From contig OX337231.1 of NCBI GenBank assembly GCA_946965045.2, forward strand, positions 3,100,001 through 3,164,000: a stretch of 64,000 nt of DNA, written 5' to 3'. The DNA comes from Epithemia pelagica (taxonomy: Eukaryota > Protista > Bacillariophyta). Both the position numbers and the translations under genes were made by a program. The notes under the pieces were generated by a model, which did no database searches, was not told where the DNA came from, and saw only the letters and a list, made by a program, of their open reading frames with translations. Position 1 is the stretch's first letter. Every line of letters starts with the position of its first letter. Of the stretch, positions 41,107 to 53,728 are shown piece by piece.

Positions 41107-42156
41107 TCATGGTTGTTTAATTTCGCCTTTCAGCACGTTGGTGCTGTCCTCGGATACCATTTTGGGAGGAGAAGCGATCGGTGCGGCACTGTTCATATAA
41201 GAAGGTTGCCTTTTACTCGTGGAAGTGGCTGTCGCGGACGTTGTCGCTGCCAACACACTTCCGGAGTTCCTAGCTACTGCGGTGGAAGGCGTGGTCAATG
41301 TTGCAGTAGATGCCTGAGTCACCGAGTCTGCATTGAGAACTGCTTGCCGAATGATCTCATCTGCAACAGCTTCGAAATCTCTGGCTACGACCCCATAATC
41401 CGTCTCACGTCCATTATACTTAACACAATTGTGTGCAATAAGACCAATGTATGAATGCAGTTGTTGATAGCACGTAATATGTCGTGTTACAATCATTTTC
41501 CGAACCAAACTCAAATCCATTGGGAACCGAATCCGTTCACTGTATCCTGGTGCTTCTTCGTCCTTGACAGGCTTTTTGAAGACAATGGCTGCGCGGTTCG
41601 AGAATATTTTCTTCCAGCAAGCCAAAATATTCGCCGACGGCTCATTCCGCGTGTACGCCGAATGCTTCATCATATCCAAAAGCTTTTGTGCTTCCGGAGA
41701 GGACTTTGCTCCACTGGGAACAGAGGTCTTGGCCGCCGCCTTACTGTTGGCTTTATTCACATCGTAGAACAAGCTTGGAGGGGCCATGGTCCCTCTAAGT
41801 CTTCCAACCAATGCTGATGCAGTCCAATATCTATCCAGTGCTGTGAATGGTGACCCGATCATTTCATCTAGTGCAGGGTTGACTCCAGGCTTTTCGCCCT
41901 GTTCAAGAGCTTTCTCCATCAACGCAATCTCTTTCTTCAGTGCTTCTTCGCAATCATTTGCCTCTGATATATACAGGCGCAGCTCATGCTTCGGAATTCC
42001 CTGCGTCAGGCGATCAAATGTCTCTTGGACAATGTCGTCTCCCGCGTTGTTGCTGCTTTTGCTTTTGACTGATGATGCACGTTTCAACGAGTCAATTTCA
42101 GTTGGGTCTTTGTCCTTTTTCAGGCTGGATTGCTCTGCTATCGCAACGGAGGACAT
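41107..42156 (-). CDS. Bromodomain-containing protein
   Basis: WKKIFSNRAAIVFKKPVKDEEAPGYSERIRFPMDLSLV...LIAHNCVKYN; probable ATG at 42156. Confidence 0.88.
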   Translation of the reverse strand: MSSVAIAEQSSLKKDKDPTEIDSLKRASSVKSKSSNNAGDDIVQETFDRLTQGIPKHELRLYISEANDCEEALKKEIALMEKALEQGEKPGVNPALDEMIGSPFTALDRYWTASALVGRLRGTMAPPSLFYDVNKANSKAAAKTSVPSGAKSSPEAQKLLDMMKHSAYTRNEPSANILACWKKIFSNRAAIVFKKPVKDEEAPGYSERIRFPMDLSLVRKMIVTRHITCYQQLHSYIGLIAHNCVKYNGRETDYGVVARDFEAVADEIIRQAVLNADSVTQASTATLTTPSTAVARNSGSVLAATTSATATSTSKRQPSYMNSAAPIASPPKMVSEDSTNVLKGEIKQP

Positions 42157-42478
42157 GATGAATCCTTCTGAATATATCTTGATAGTTGTTTTCTCTCCCT
42201 CTTCCAACTGATCTCTTCACCGCACGAATCAGAATGTTTTCGCCATTCGCCATGATCAGATCTCAACGCGCTGTCAGAGAATCTATCCCCAGCGGTCTAT
42301 ATCAGTCGCGAAAGTCCAAGGAGTTCGTTTGTCAGTCCACACCGATTGGCAGCGCCATGTCGTCGTTTTTCCAGCCGCTGGGTTTTGTATCAGTATACGC
42401 GACGCTAGCCCAGAAACAGCGCACACTATTCAATCTTTTCAATTTGACTTTTTTTTTTTCTGTCATCATAATAGCAGG

Positions 42479-43331
42479 ATGATCAAAGTCGCTACGATAG
42501 CTCCGTTTTTGCTACTGCTCCTTTCCGGCTTTCTCTTGGCCGCCACGGCGATGCGATTCTTTCGGGAAGAGCAACCTGCATGCCAGAGTCCATGCGTTCC
42601 TGGGACTGAGGACATCATGAGACCCAAGGCTCACGGAACGTCGGAGACTCCTGTGCAAAACGATTTACGCTGGGCATGTAGCGAAACAACGGCCGACCGT
42701 ATCTGTAATTACAATCGTACGTCGAGAACTGAGTCGATTTCTTTCAAAGACCACATTGCGTGATTCAATCACTCAAATTTCAATTGTTTAATAGGTCGCT
42801 ATGCGGAGTACGCAGGCTACTGGGAAACCACGACCTTTTTGAATGATGTTAAACCTGTAATTGAGCAGGGTGGATTGGTACGGTTCTATGATAGTAATAC
42901 AGGGCAGCTGCTGTTTGAAGCTCCGAAAGAAAGATCTTGGGATGAGTTTGTCTCTGAGTCTCAACAACATGGATGGTACGTGGTTCGACTTTGCGGATAC
43001 GCATTTTGAGTCAAAGGATACCTCAGCACAATATACTTGGTATTTTTCATACGCCCCGGCTTCAAACGATGTAGGCCTAGCTTCCGTGATCAAGAAGTAA
43101 GTTGGTACATGCAGATGTGGCAACAGTTGGATGTTTTGTACTCATTCTTATCCATCCGTTGCTTTGCCAATGAAGGTTAACTGGGATGTTGTACGCGTCT
43201 TGCCAAATGGGGAAACCGTCTCGGTTAATGGAACTCATCTGGGCCATAATTTACCTGATGGTAACGGGAATCGCTATTGCATCAACTTAGTTTGCATTGC
43301 TGGTCGTCCCACTGAAGCGAATGACCGCTAA
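42479..43331 (+). CDS. MsrB/SelR-like protein with N-terminal signal peptide; 4 exons
   Basis: Exons 42479-42716, 42795-42975, 43075-43096, 43176-43331, all GT-AG and in frame. Spliced product contains KAHGT...ADRICNYNRRYAEYAGYW...FYDSNTGQLLF...HGWPSFRDQEVNW...GTHLGHNLPD..GNRYCINL. Confidence 0.85.
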
Positions 43332-43700
43332 TCTTGCCATGAGTTGTACATAACGTGCCTCCTCATTACCTTTGCACATATTTCGATGTGGTCGATTTGA
43401 AAGCTGCGACGGCGAAAGGCCCTCCCGAATAACTCCTATGTGGCAACTGTAAGTTGTGCGACGTACCGGCAGCCCAGCAAATGGTCACGTTGATAATCAG
43501 TAAGACAATCCAGTTTACCTAGTAAAAGTGTATAACTGTTCAGTATAACGTGTCTATGAATTCAGTCTACATGATTAATTTCAAACGGCAGCTGCATCCA
43601 AGAAGCGTGATAGCGGGCATACAATGTAGTTGCAGCTTTTCGGATATCCTGCTCTTTTAAGTGTTGTGCAGAGATTGTTACATTTGTCCCCATTCCCTTA

Positions 43701-44833
43701 TTAAACGGATTTGTTGGTAGCCATGACTGCGTCGCTACTCCGTCTCTGGATCATCATCTTTACATCTTCTGTTCCAACAAGAGGTCGCATGCGTTTCAAA
43801 TAGTGTTCGGCTGAACGATTTGCTTGAGCAACAGTGATTTCCAAGTCAATATTGGACTTTTGACCACAAATGTATTTCATGTGTCCTGCAACCATCTCCA
43901 GCTGCCCAATGATTTGTGTGGGAGTTGGTGATTGAACAAACATGACGGATTTTGGAACAGAACTCAACTGCTCTGCAACGATGCGTACAGCAGTACGCTC
44001 TTCCATTGAGTCTCCAAATGAAAGGACCTCTTTCTGTTGATCGCTTTCAGAAGACGACGAAGAGGAAGTGGAGGCAGAGTCATCTTCTGATGCAGAAGAG
44101 ACGTCTGTAGACTCAAGACTGCTAACGGATTTGCTGAATGGGAGTCCTTTGACCATCGGCTTTTCATACAATTCATTCACTTCATGTGCAAAGGCAGCAG
44201 CTTTCCAGCACAAAGGTTGTCCAGGATAGAAGCGCTCATAGCGAGTTCTTGCCGAAACAACCTTGTAGCCAGCCATGACAGGGAGAAGTTTGGGACAATA
44301 ACGCTCGCATGAGTATTTGACCCAACCCTCATCAGAATTGGTAATGATAAGAACCTGCGAATTTTAACAAAGGATGCGTCTTGAGAATCTGATCAAGGTT
44401 CATTCAGAAACGGAATGGCGGTTTTACTGACATGCCAGTAGAATGAAAGGTTGGAGTAGATTGTAGATGCATGAATCATATCGATATGATCTACCAACAC
44501 TCAACCACATCGGATTGAAAAACGCATCACAGACTTTTTCTCACTTACGGGTCCATATTTGGATGCTTCTTTTAAGCATTTTTCGGCGCTTCTGGCAACT
44601 TCATTGAGTAACCTTTGAACCTACAGAAAGCCAAAAAAGGGAAAATATGAGCACGCCAAGCTATGATGAATTCACTCATCTCGTGAACGGGCCTCACTCA
44701 CATCAACTGGAAAATCTTTGAAACTATCACCCTTCAGCTTATCCACAAACGACGACGGAAGAATTGTATCGTCCCAGTCGAAAATGATTGCTTTGGATCC
44801 ATGTTGTCTGATCTGCTCAAGAGACATCCGCAT
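43701..44833 (-). CDS. HAD-superfamily hydrolase-like protein; 3 exons
   Basis: Exons 44833-44702 (KAIIFDWDDTILPSSF, HAD motif I), 44620-44549 and 44354-43701 (VLIITNSDEGWV...SFGDSMEER); all phase-0 GT-AG joins. Confidence 0.8.
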
Positions 44834-45663
44834 GTTGATCGTTCTAGTTTGGAAAGTTGTACCTCACACTTTATCAAGATGAGCAATTATGAACATGCAG
44901 TTGACCAGGTGAGAAAAGGCAACCTATTTTTTGAATTGTGGCGAAGGTTTGGGTTCGTGCTCACAAGTCGTCCAGGATCTTTAGATAGAGCCTGTCCCGC
45001 TTGGCTTCGGCGCCGAGTTAACTATACACAGCTACAGTAAAATGGACCAAGTTTGGCATTGCCGCGCAAAAATTTGGATGCAGGTGGAAATATTGTGCCG
45101 GCGCGCCTGAAATTGGCTTGTATGTGTCCCCTTTTTTCGCAACAGAAGTCACGAGACCGAAATTTTCTTTGAAATTTAGCCACCCGGCGCAAAGACCGAC
45201 ATCGAAAAAATTGATGAGTGCCCCCCCGCGCCTATTTGTATCGTGGAAACTTGCCTCCAACGAATTGGTGGTTGGCTTCGTTAGCTATGTCTGTTGGAGT
45301 GGTTCGTGCCCACGGTTTTGATATGGGAAGTCTTTATTTGGGCGGTCTTAGCACATGCCCAGTTTTGCTACCTCTACGTGATATTACACAAACCCATTCC
45401 ACGTTGCAAAGATCCAAACAGTCCTATAAAAAGAATGGATCGAACTCAATCCTCTTTAGCTCTACTATTTGTTCCTGTCCTTCGTCGGATTCGAAGCTGG
45501 GTGGGAACTGGGAATGGAAAATGGAATCCTTTTTTGAGGGGAGAGTTTGCTTATCTTACCTAAATTCCACTCGTCGAGTCGAGCAACGGTCGACAATAAA
45601 GATTGCACTGTCGTGCTTTGTACACCAACGCGACCATGGAATAAGCGAGACAAACTGCGGTTT

Positions 45664-46308
45664 TCATTCTTGACCCGAAAGAAAGTCGGCGTAAGATATC
45701 CAACCCTTCCCTCGATACACTATTTCGGGTTTGGCAGGGATTCGTAAGCCTTCAGCTCGTTTGGGATCAGCTGCAATGAATTGACGGTACTCGTTTTCTG
45801 TTTTAAGGCCAATCATTTTTACGACAGACTTGGCGTCTTCGTATGGCCTCATAATACCTAAGAATTCATCCCAGGATACCCAATCATCCGGATACATCAG
45901 ATCAGGTCTTGTCGGAAGATAAGGACCGTGTTGGTACACTTTGCCATCATTCAGAAAGTCATCCCATTCGTCAGCTGACCGAAGACCAAGACTCATGGCT
46001 CGAGATCGGGCTTTCTCGTACGGAATCAGCCGCCTGTAGCGTCTTGTCCATGTCACTGATCGACCCTTGTAATGAGTAACATTTTCTTCCTCTTCATCAT
46101 TCTCAATGCCTTCGTTGTCGTTTGTACCCATAAACCGAGCACCTATGAGTTTTCCCTGCACTCTTTGCTTTGACGAAGGTTCGGGCATGCTCGTACATGG
46201 GTCAAGTACAAATGCTGCTACTGAGTCGCGAGCAAGAACCAAAGGCGTCAGCTTCAACGACAAGGCCCAAATTGTCCAAAATCGACACATGGTCGTAGTG
46301 GTTCGCAC
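45664..46308 (-). CDS. Putative plastid-targeted protein built from two 'integrase repeat'-like units
   Basis: Signal-like N-terminus ending VAA-F; two units PYEKAR..AMSLGLRSADEW...LPTRPDLMY..DWVSWDEFLG and PYEDAK..VKMIGLKTENEY...IPAKPEIVY.GKGWISYADFL. Confidence 0.65.
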   Translation of the reverse strand: MRTTTTMCRFWTIWALSLKLTPLVLARDSVAAFVLDPCTSMPEPSSKQRVQGKLIGARFMGTNDNEGIENDEEEENVTHYKGRSVTWTRRYRRLIPYEKARSRAMSLGLRSADEWDDFLNDGKVYQHGPYLPTRPDLMYPDDWVSWDEFLGIMRPYEDAKSVVKMIGLKTENEYRQFIAADPKRAEGLRIPAKPEIVYRGKGWISYADFLSGQE

Positions 46309-46643
46309 TTCCTCCTCTTAGAATACATGCACCGATGTCTTTCCCACTCCTTTGCGACGTAGAGCATCGTGCGAATAGAGAGCGAGAAGCGATAAGAAAA
46401 AAAAAACTCCTGTCTTGGAAGATGCGTTCTATGAGCGACTGACTATATGTGGAGTAGCCCATCGCATCCCCACATACTCCTAGCTCATAGCCCGGGTAGA
46501 TCTAACTCGTTCAAGCATTGAAACTACGTAAATCTCTATCAACGACTATTATTCGCCTCTCCTCTCTAATTTGTCTCAATCAACCAGAAATGCTTGGCGC
46601 ATCACTCGTTGTTGGCCCTCTAGATTCTCGGAATTCATAGCAC

Positions 46644-48149
46644 TTAGAATTTGATCTGCCCCACGCAGACAGAAAGAGCCAGCGCCATACCCGGATCGAC
46701 ACCCGGTGCGATCAGCACTTCACTTCTGGATTTATCATGAATGTTAAAAATTGCATAAATTTGCGTTTCGTCTTCGTAGGATTGGAGCGCAATGGTATTG
46801 GGTGAAGATACCTTTTCGGAACGAAAGCCTTGCTCATGATCATGAAGCGTTGCCAACTTGAAGAGTGGCTCAAAGCCTGGTTGGTCCCATCTCTCCGAAT
46901 GCCAGACGTACACGAGACGGACAGCCTCTTTCTGAGATACACGAACTTGAAACCATGCATAGAAATCAATCATCTCGTCCTGAAACTTTTCCTCAATACG
47001 GGGACCTTTGACATAATCAAGTGGTTGTCGTCCGTAAATCATGTAAATTGATTCTCCACGTTTCACCTCCTTGGTGCACAAACACAATGGTTCATGAGTA
47101 CCATTGAACAATACTATCCGTTGTGCTTGCGAGTGTAGCATGTTCATTCGAGGCATCTGTCTCCAATAAGCCCCGTCCGCAATTTGTTGGCTTTTCACAT
47201 TGTAAAGGAACAGCTTCTCGTCCACCCTGTACATAGACTGTCGAAGGGGCGATCTCGTTCTCATTGGTGAGCCTGTTCTCCTTTGAGATTTCCGATGGCT
47301 ACGAAGAGCTTCAAACTTCTCAGTGACACAAGAATTCAGCATAGAAGATCGTGTCGGCGAGCCTGTCCTTTCGTCCGGTTTCAAGCGGATACGAAGAACT
47401 TCAAACTTCTCGAGTACGCGAGAATCAAATCTCGAAGAAGGGACTTTTGGACCGCCTAGCAAGAGCTTTCCATAAACGTCATTTGGAAGTGGGTGTACCT
47501 TTTCCGCAAAGTCGCGCTCCATCAGACCTGGCCATACCTGAGTCATACCGCCATTACTGCTAATGATTGATACTTGACCAGGAAGCTTTTTGCGCCTTTG
47601 AAATCGGCGAGTGTCCAGTTTAACAACTTTTCCCGTTTCTTCACTAAAGAGGACTTTGCTTTGGATAATCAATTCATCATCATCCGTTGAAAAGCGTACG
47701 TATTGGTCAAACGAATCCGGACCAATCCGTTTGTAGCGAAAAGCCCGAAAAATAAATTGGTCGTCGTCGGCCCATGTCAATGCTTCTCTGACAACATCAT
47801 CATAGCCACCATCCAGTTCCCCATTGAGATAGCGTTTTAATTGTCGGTCGAAAATTGAGTCAAAGATTGCTTGTCTGTCGTCTTTTTTCGACTCCTCCAA
47901 GTTCGGGTGCTTGGCGGTATCATACAATGCTTTGAATTCTTCTATCAGCCTTGTATAGACATGATCCAAATCGCACTTTCCGCTACCGTCCCCTCCCATA
48001 CCGGTAGCGTTTTGAGGTGGCCCCCTGCCTTTTCCACCTCCATTGGTTTCTTCAGCACGACTTGCTTGAGGTCCTTGCCCAAAAAAGTCGTCCTCAAGAA
48101 GGATGGCTTCAATTCCGTCCTTCGACAAGTCTCGTTTGATCTGTCCCAT
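46644..48149 (-). CDS. Hypothetical protein with Tubby/LURP-one-like C-terminal region
   Basis: Long ORF, first likely ATG 48149; ends VLIAPGVDPGMALALSVCV as in LURP/scramblase-like folds; contains an internal repeat at 30-aa spacing (EKFExLR...RTGSP). Confidence 0.55.
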   Translation of the reverse strand: MGQIKRDLSKDGIEAILLEDDFFGQGPQASRAEETNGGGKGRGPPQNATGMGGDGSGKCDLDHVYTRLIEEFKALYDTAKHPNLEESKKDDRQAIFDSIFDRQLKRYLNGELDGGYDDVVREALTWADDDQFIFRAFRYKRIGPDSFDQYVRFSTDDDELIIQSKVLFSEETGKVVKLDTRRFQRRKKLPGQVSIISSNGGMTQVWPGLMERDFAEKVHPLPNDVYGKLLLGGPKVPSSRFDSRVLEKFEVLRIRLKPDERTGSPTRSSMLNSCVTEKFEALRSHRKSQRRTGSPMRTRSPLRQSMYRVDEKLFLYNVKSQQIADGAYWRQMPRMNMLHSQAQRIVLFNGTHEPLCLCTKEVKRGESIYMIYGRQPLDYVKGPRIEEKFQDEMIDFYAWFQVRVSQKEAVRLVYVWHSERWDQPGFEPLFKLATLHDHEQGFRSEKVSSPNTIALQSYEDETQIYAIFNIHDKSRSEVLIAPGVDPGMALALSVCVGQIKF

Positions 48150-48560
48150 TTGTTGTCGTTGTTTAAACAGTGTTGAGCAGTTCGTTTTGTGAAGGTCGTG
48201 AGTCGAAAGACATGGGACACCAGTTCTCTCCGTTCTATCGCTCCTGTGGTCGGGAACAAAACAACCTCGCAAGAGAGAAAGCGAAGAAATCTTGTCTCCG
48301 ACACTCCGACATCTGAGATACGATTTGAGCGTTTTCCTTCAATTTTTGCACGGTCGGTCGGCGCGCAAGCGCACGTTTGCTCCGTGCACCGTCCCCCAGC
48401 GCACCCCCCAAACCCCCAAAGTGCTTTCTCACTTCTCACGACAACATGTCGCGAGAGATCCAATATTCTTCCAGCGTCATGAGTCATGACCTCAGGGACG
48501 TTGCTTTGGTGAGAGCGAAAGACGTCAACATCGTAGCATCAGCTAGGCAGATATCGAATC

Positions 48561-49586
48561 ATGTCGGAACCTTCCATCACAACTCCAGATGACGGCACGG
48601 ATGACGTCCCCAACAACACGACAGGAGAGGTTCCAGAGTCCGACAAACACATTATAGATCGTGCTGATGCAAACATCCGAGAAGAATGCTTGTTGGCAGC
48701 CGCTCGCTTGTTACATCAAGTGACAGATGAAACCCTTCTAACGGCCGCTCACCGCCAAGTTCTGGATGTTGCAAAAGACATGGAAGATTCTGCTTCGGAC
48801 CTCTTGCATGACCCAGACGCAAGTTGGATCAAACAGAGCGAAACAAAGTCCAATGGAAAAAACCGTGATACGAAAATCTATTACAAGGTGACGGATGCGG
48901 CAAAACTGGAGTGTAGAGTCGACTGTGTGGTTGAGTCGTCTTTGCTGGTACCACTGTTGGCAGTCTTTAATGAAACATCCTTGTATGACACATGGATCCC
49001 ATCATGGACGTTTCCAGTCACTTTGGGTATCCAGGATTCCACACAGTTAAAACAATTGAGTCGGGGGCACCAAATTGTTCACATCACAGCCAATGTCCCG
49101 TGGCCCATGGCAACTCGAGATGTGGTTTTACGTGCCATTGCGGCAGATGACATTGCTGCCCACAATGCAATTGTTGTGAGAATGAAGGGCATGAGTGCAT
49201 CTGAGGATGAAGTTGTGCCAACACCGTTGGATGATGTTGTAAGAGCTGACTTTGAAGGTGCTATTCTCATACGACCATTGCCGGGATCACAGCAAAGTTC
49301 AAATGGGAATAAGAAGGGTGATTCCAATGAAATCCCCGTCCTTGTTTCATTTAAAATGTTCATTGATCCCCATCTGACTTCAGTACCTACTTCTGTTATC
49401 AATTTTGTTACACGAACGGTGATCGGTACAATGTGGAAAATGTTACTGCAGGTTGCGGAAGGCATTCGAGCGGGCAGTCGACCACTTCACGAAAAAGCTA
49501 TACAGGATCGCTCAGATCTGTATCAATGGATCAGAACCCGCATTGAAATACTTTTGCAAGGGGCGGCAGTGACATGCATCAACTGA
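48561..49586 (+). CDS. START-like lipid-binding domain protein
   Basis: LLAVFNETSLYDTWIP, VPWPMATRDVV, FIDPHLTSVPTSVINFVTR. Confidence 0.8.
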   Translation: MSEPSITTPDDGTDDVPNNTTGEVPESDKHIIDRADANIREECLLAAARLLHQVTDETLLTAAHRQVLDVAKDMEDSASDLLHDPDASWIKQSETKSNGKNRDTKIYYKVTDAAKLECRVDCVVESSLLVPLLAVFNETSLYDTWIPSWTFPVTLGIQDSTQLKQLSRGHQIVHITANVPWPMATRDVVLRAIAADDIAAHNAIVVRMKGMSASEDEVVPTPLDDVVRADFEGAILIRPLPGSQQSSNGNKKGDSNEIPVLVSFKMFIDPHLTSVPTSVINFVTRTVIGTMWKMLLQVAEGIRAGSRPLHEKAIQDRSDLYQWIRTRIEILLQGAAVTCIN

Positions 49587-49999
49587 CAAATCTTGTTTTT
49601 ACGCCTGGAGGGAGTCGTTCGCAGACTAGCGGTACTCTTGATGATCATGGCGATTTCAGAGGAGATGACCTAGAGGAATACCTATGTACTGAAAACTGAA
49701 ATGGAACATGTGACCATCGACGCTGGAGAAGATCCAAAGTGTAGTATAGCAGTCAGATGTAGCTACAAGAATGTGCCAAAGTTAGAAACCAGTTGAATGT
49801 GATGAAAGATGACAAAGCATTGCGAAGACATGCACCAGATGCCTCGCCCAGGAAAGGACACAATGCATCCCACTTCGACGAACTGAGGAGAAATCTGTTC
49901 AGAGCACATTGACTTGGACGTCAGATCACCTTTGCTTGGAAATTAGCGTTTCGTTGTGTAGATGACATCTTTTCGTTTCTGTACCGAAATTTCCCATTT

Positions 50000-51166
50000 T
50001 CACGTCTTGTAGTCAGAGCCAGTGATCGTCGTGGCTGGTGTAGTGACTGTCGTCATTTCATCAATGGCACTACCTAAATGATCCAATACGTCGGGTGCAG
50101 TCATGGACCGTTTCTTTTGTTGATAGGCATTTGCAGTTGCTCTCTTCACAAAACAACACGCCGTCCAACACGACAGAGGCAAGGATTGTTGTGGTGGTCC
50201 TTGCTTTTTGCTCTGTATGGCATGCCAGGCCACCAAGGTTCCAAGAGTTCCTGCCAAGACATCACCAATCCCCCCTGATCGTTTCAAACCTCCAGTCTCT
50301 CCACAAATGTATTCAGTAACATCGTTTACTTGTACAATATCGTGCTGACCTTTGCGAACAATGGTTACTCCTTCAAATGGAGACACGGTCTCGTTCTTGT
50401 CCTCAGGGGAAAGTCGCTTGAATTCCATTGCGTTTGGTGTCAAGATTGCCTTGTCATAGCCATGCAATAAATCTCGATACTGTGACAACGACAGCATAAA
50501 AAGCGCATCGGCATCCACAACCATGTGCAAGCCTTTTTCGCGGGCTTGAATGATTATTTTTGCGACAGCCTCAAAGACGTTCGGCGAACGACCCAATCCA
50601 GGACCAATCACCAAGCAATGGGCACGTTCAATGAGGCTCATGACCTTTGAAACCATTTCCTGAACCAGTCGTTCTTTCTCAGAAGTCGATATGTTTGATT
50701 TGTCCATGTCTGCGGCCGAGTACACGGGCGCAACCATGAGTTCGGGTGAGTAACATTTGATGGGCAAGGCAGCTTCCTGGGCCGTTAACACATACGCCAG
50801 ATCGGCACCAGCCTTCAAGGATGCCATGGCAGCATAGTAGGGTGCACCAGTGTACATGGCACTGCCACCCAATACGGCAACACGACCACTGGAACCCTTG
50901 TGCGCGTCGGGTGATAAGGGCAAGATAACACCATGATCCATGACCTTCGCTCGCATATCCTCCCATCCGCATGGCGCCACAGAAGACGAAGATGATGACA
51001 TGTTAATATCAGTGAAAGGCCGTGAAGCAGAAGAAGAGGAAGAAGAAGAACAAAAGGCCGATACCTGGACGCCCCAAAGGGCAGCAAGGGACGGCCACAA
51101 CACAATAGCTCGAAATCGAAGAAGGAGGGAGCTGCGCTGAATCACCAGACGGTCCAGAAGATTCAT
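50000..51166 (-). CDS. NAXD: ATP-dependent (S)-NAD(P)H-hydrate dehydratase (YjeF-C/CARKD)
   Basis: [69 protein letters not shown]; probable ATG at 51166. Confidence 0.93.
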   Translation of the reverse strand: MNLLDRLVIQRSSLLLRFRAIVLWPSLAALWGVQVSAFCSSSSSSSASRPFTDINMSSSSSSVAPCGWEDMRAKVMDHGVILPLSPDAHKGSSGRVAVLGGSAMYTGAPYYAAMASLKAGADLAYVLTAQEAALPIKCYSPELMVAPVYSAADMDKSNISTSEKERLVQEMVSKVMSLIERAHCLVIGPGLGRSPNVFEAVAKIIIQAREKGLHMVVDADALFMLSLSQYRDLLHGYDKAILTPNAMEFKRLSPEDKNETVSPFEGVTIVRKGQHDIVQVNDVTEYICGETGGLKRSGGIGDVLAGTLGTLVAWHAIQSKKQGPPQQSLPLSCWTACCFVKRATANAYQQKKRSMTAPDVLDHLGSAIDEMTTVTTPATTITGSDYKT

Positions 51167-52084
51167 AAGGAAGACAATAGCGATACTGTTGCTTGCTTGC
51201 ACCTTTCTAGGAGTAGTTGTCAGCCAATGCTGGCTCACTTGATCGACAAGTAGCCCTATGTGAGAACACAGATATGATGATGATGGGAAAGATACCACTG
51301 GTGACAATAGGTTTAAACAGTTTAACGGTGCGGAGTCTACTGTATTCAGTATGGTGTTGGAGGTAGAATGTCGTTCCACATTGTGTGGTGTCGTCAATCG
51401 CCCACTTATCGGTCGCTTATCTGAAGTGTCTGAGGTCGCGCGACCTCCCTCTGGTCGCCATTATGGGGCGAACAGAAACGCATTCGTCAGTGGTCGTACC
51501 TGCAAGGAACTCTTCTCGATTGTATGCAAAAACTTTCAACCACCAGAAACGCACCTATGACAGACATATGCATGCTGAGCAAAGTTCACAGTCCGTGGAC
51601 CAATAAGAAAGATGGAATATCGCTTCGATCCCGACTGATTGTGGTGGCGTTTTGTGTCTGTCGTGCAGTTCTCGTTCGGATTTCGGATGGAAATCAGCCA
51701 TCCGAGCTGCTTTTCCGCACTGTGCAGTAGTCGAAGAAAATTCCAACACAATAGACGACCACATATCAAGACAAACAAAGTTGCTGACAGGGGTCGTTGA
51801 TCAAAGAGCCTTAAGGCTTTCTTGTGGAGTTGAAAGTGGTTACCTCTCCATTTTCGACGAGGTAAGGACATCGAATTGAAACTTGATTTTTTCTTGATGA
51901 ATTTGTTCTTTGCATTTGGTGCGACACGCAACCAGTTGGCAGGTCGGTTGGCACGCCCCACAGTAATATTCACCCATGCGCTTCGTTTTGTTTTTCCATT
52001 CAAAATCCCAAACAACAAACAACAGACGAGAGAGGGAGACAGGAACAGGAATCCTTTTGTATCGATAGAAAGCATCCCTAGAAA

Positions 52085-53728
52085 ATGGAAAACGATATTA
52101 GTTCGTCCCCTGATTCAACAGGAAAGGTCTTGATACCGCTGTTAAGCTCGCCACCGCCGAAAGACCGGTCACTTGGTTCACTTTCTGCTTCATACGAAGA
52201 AAAACGCAAAGATGCTAAAGTCGGCAGACCGACGTCTTCGCTCCGCCGTAGCAGAAATTCCAAAGAAGGACGCTCACAAGCGCTGCCTGATGATCGCCTT
52301 CAGAGATGGTAAGTGTCACCTGTCCCTATGAGTTATCGTCGTCGCTTGTCATTTCGATCATTGTTGGGATTTTTTGTGTTGATCATTTTTGGAATGTCTT
52401 CATGCTGTCACAACGACACTTTCCAGTGGGTTTTTCGGGTCTTTCTTCCGTATGACATCCGTGTGGCAAATCACATCAATCGATTCTCGCTCGTCACAGA
52501 ATAGTGTCTGTGGTGACAATCTGTTCTGTTCTTTCTTTGGTTCCCGGTTCCCGGTGCCAACCAAGAACTGAGCACGAACATCTGCAGTGCACACGCTTTC
52601 GCCATTTCTATCGTATCGCGTTCACCAACTGTGACGAGTTTTCGTTGTTTCGGAAGAGCAAGGTGTCATTGTGTTGTGTCGAGATCAATAGATGCTTCCA
52701 TTCGGTTGCTCCTCAACTTGAACCGACACCATTTTCCCTCCACGTTCTCATGTCCCGTTGCTTTCTTCTCTTTCATCAATATGCCAAACACTTCCTATCG
52801 AACATCACTTGCTAGCCGTGAACGAAATAGAATTCATGCAAGGAAAACACGTCTGCGCAAGAAGGAACACATGCAGGGTCTTCAACAACGTGCCGACGAG
52901 CTTAAGCAGCAACAGCTTCGTTTGAAGCAGATTATTGACGAGAAAAGCACGGCATCGATTTTGGTGGGATTTGCTACGTCAACAACGGATGAAAGCGATG
53001 ACAGTAGCAAAGAAGATCCTCGCGTGGAAGAGCTCCTTCGAAGACCAGTTGAAGCGATTCCTGATTCGTCAAAGATTCCCGAACTCCCGACTCTAATTCT
53101 TCCAGGGCAACATGCTTCAAAGAAAGCAAAAGCCGAATCTGCTGCCAAATCACGAAAAGTGCAAGACGAACTGCCCTGTGACGGTTTTGATCTAGAGCTA
53201 CTCGCGAAAGACCGCTCAAAGTGCTCTCCCGAAGAACTTGATCAGATTCGAAGGGAACGGAACCGGATGCATGCCAAGCGAACTCGTGACAGGAAGCGCC
53301 TGTTTATGGAAGAGATGGGCGAAATATGTCGTCAGCTTGAAGAAGAAAACGATTTGCTTCGATCTCATTTAAAATCGATTGATCCGGACTATCAAGACGA
53401 CGTTGATGGCAATCAAGCAACTGACGTACTAGGCGTGACATTCATCGCACCCTCTGTACCCACCATTTCTGATGACAAATGTATAGATGAGAAGGGGGCT
53501 GTTAATCTTCCGGCAAGTCCCAGTACTCAACTGGAAAAGAGAAAACGACCTTCTGAAAATCACCTTCAGCACCTCTTGGAGGCAGCATGTACATATGAAA
53601 TGTCAAAACCAGTTGATGCATCGTCTTCTGCTCTTCTTGCCGTTGTACAGGCTATTAACGAGGCTTCCTCGTCGAAGCGACGCCGCCAAGAGACTACTTT
53701 TGCACAACCGACTGCAGTTGGATGTTGA
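52085..53728 (+). CDS. bZIP transcription factor with two bZIP domains; 2 exons
   Basis: Exon 52085-52308, intron 52309-52815 (GTAAGT...TGCTAG), exon 52816-53728. Join gives LQR-C-RERNRIHARKTRLRKK; second bZIP is RRERNRMHAKRTRDRKR...LEEENDLL. Confidence 0.85.
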
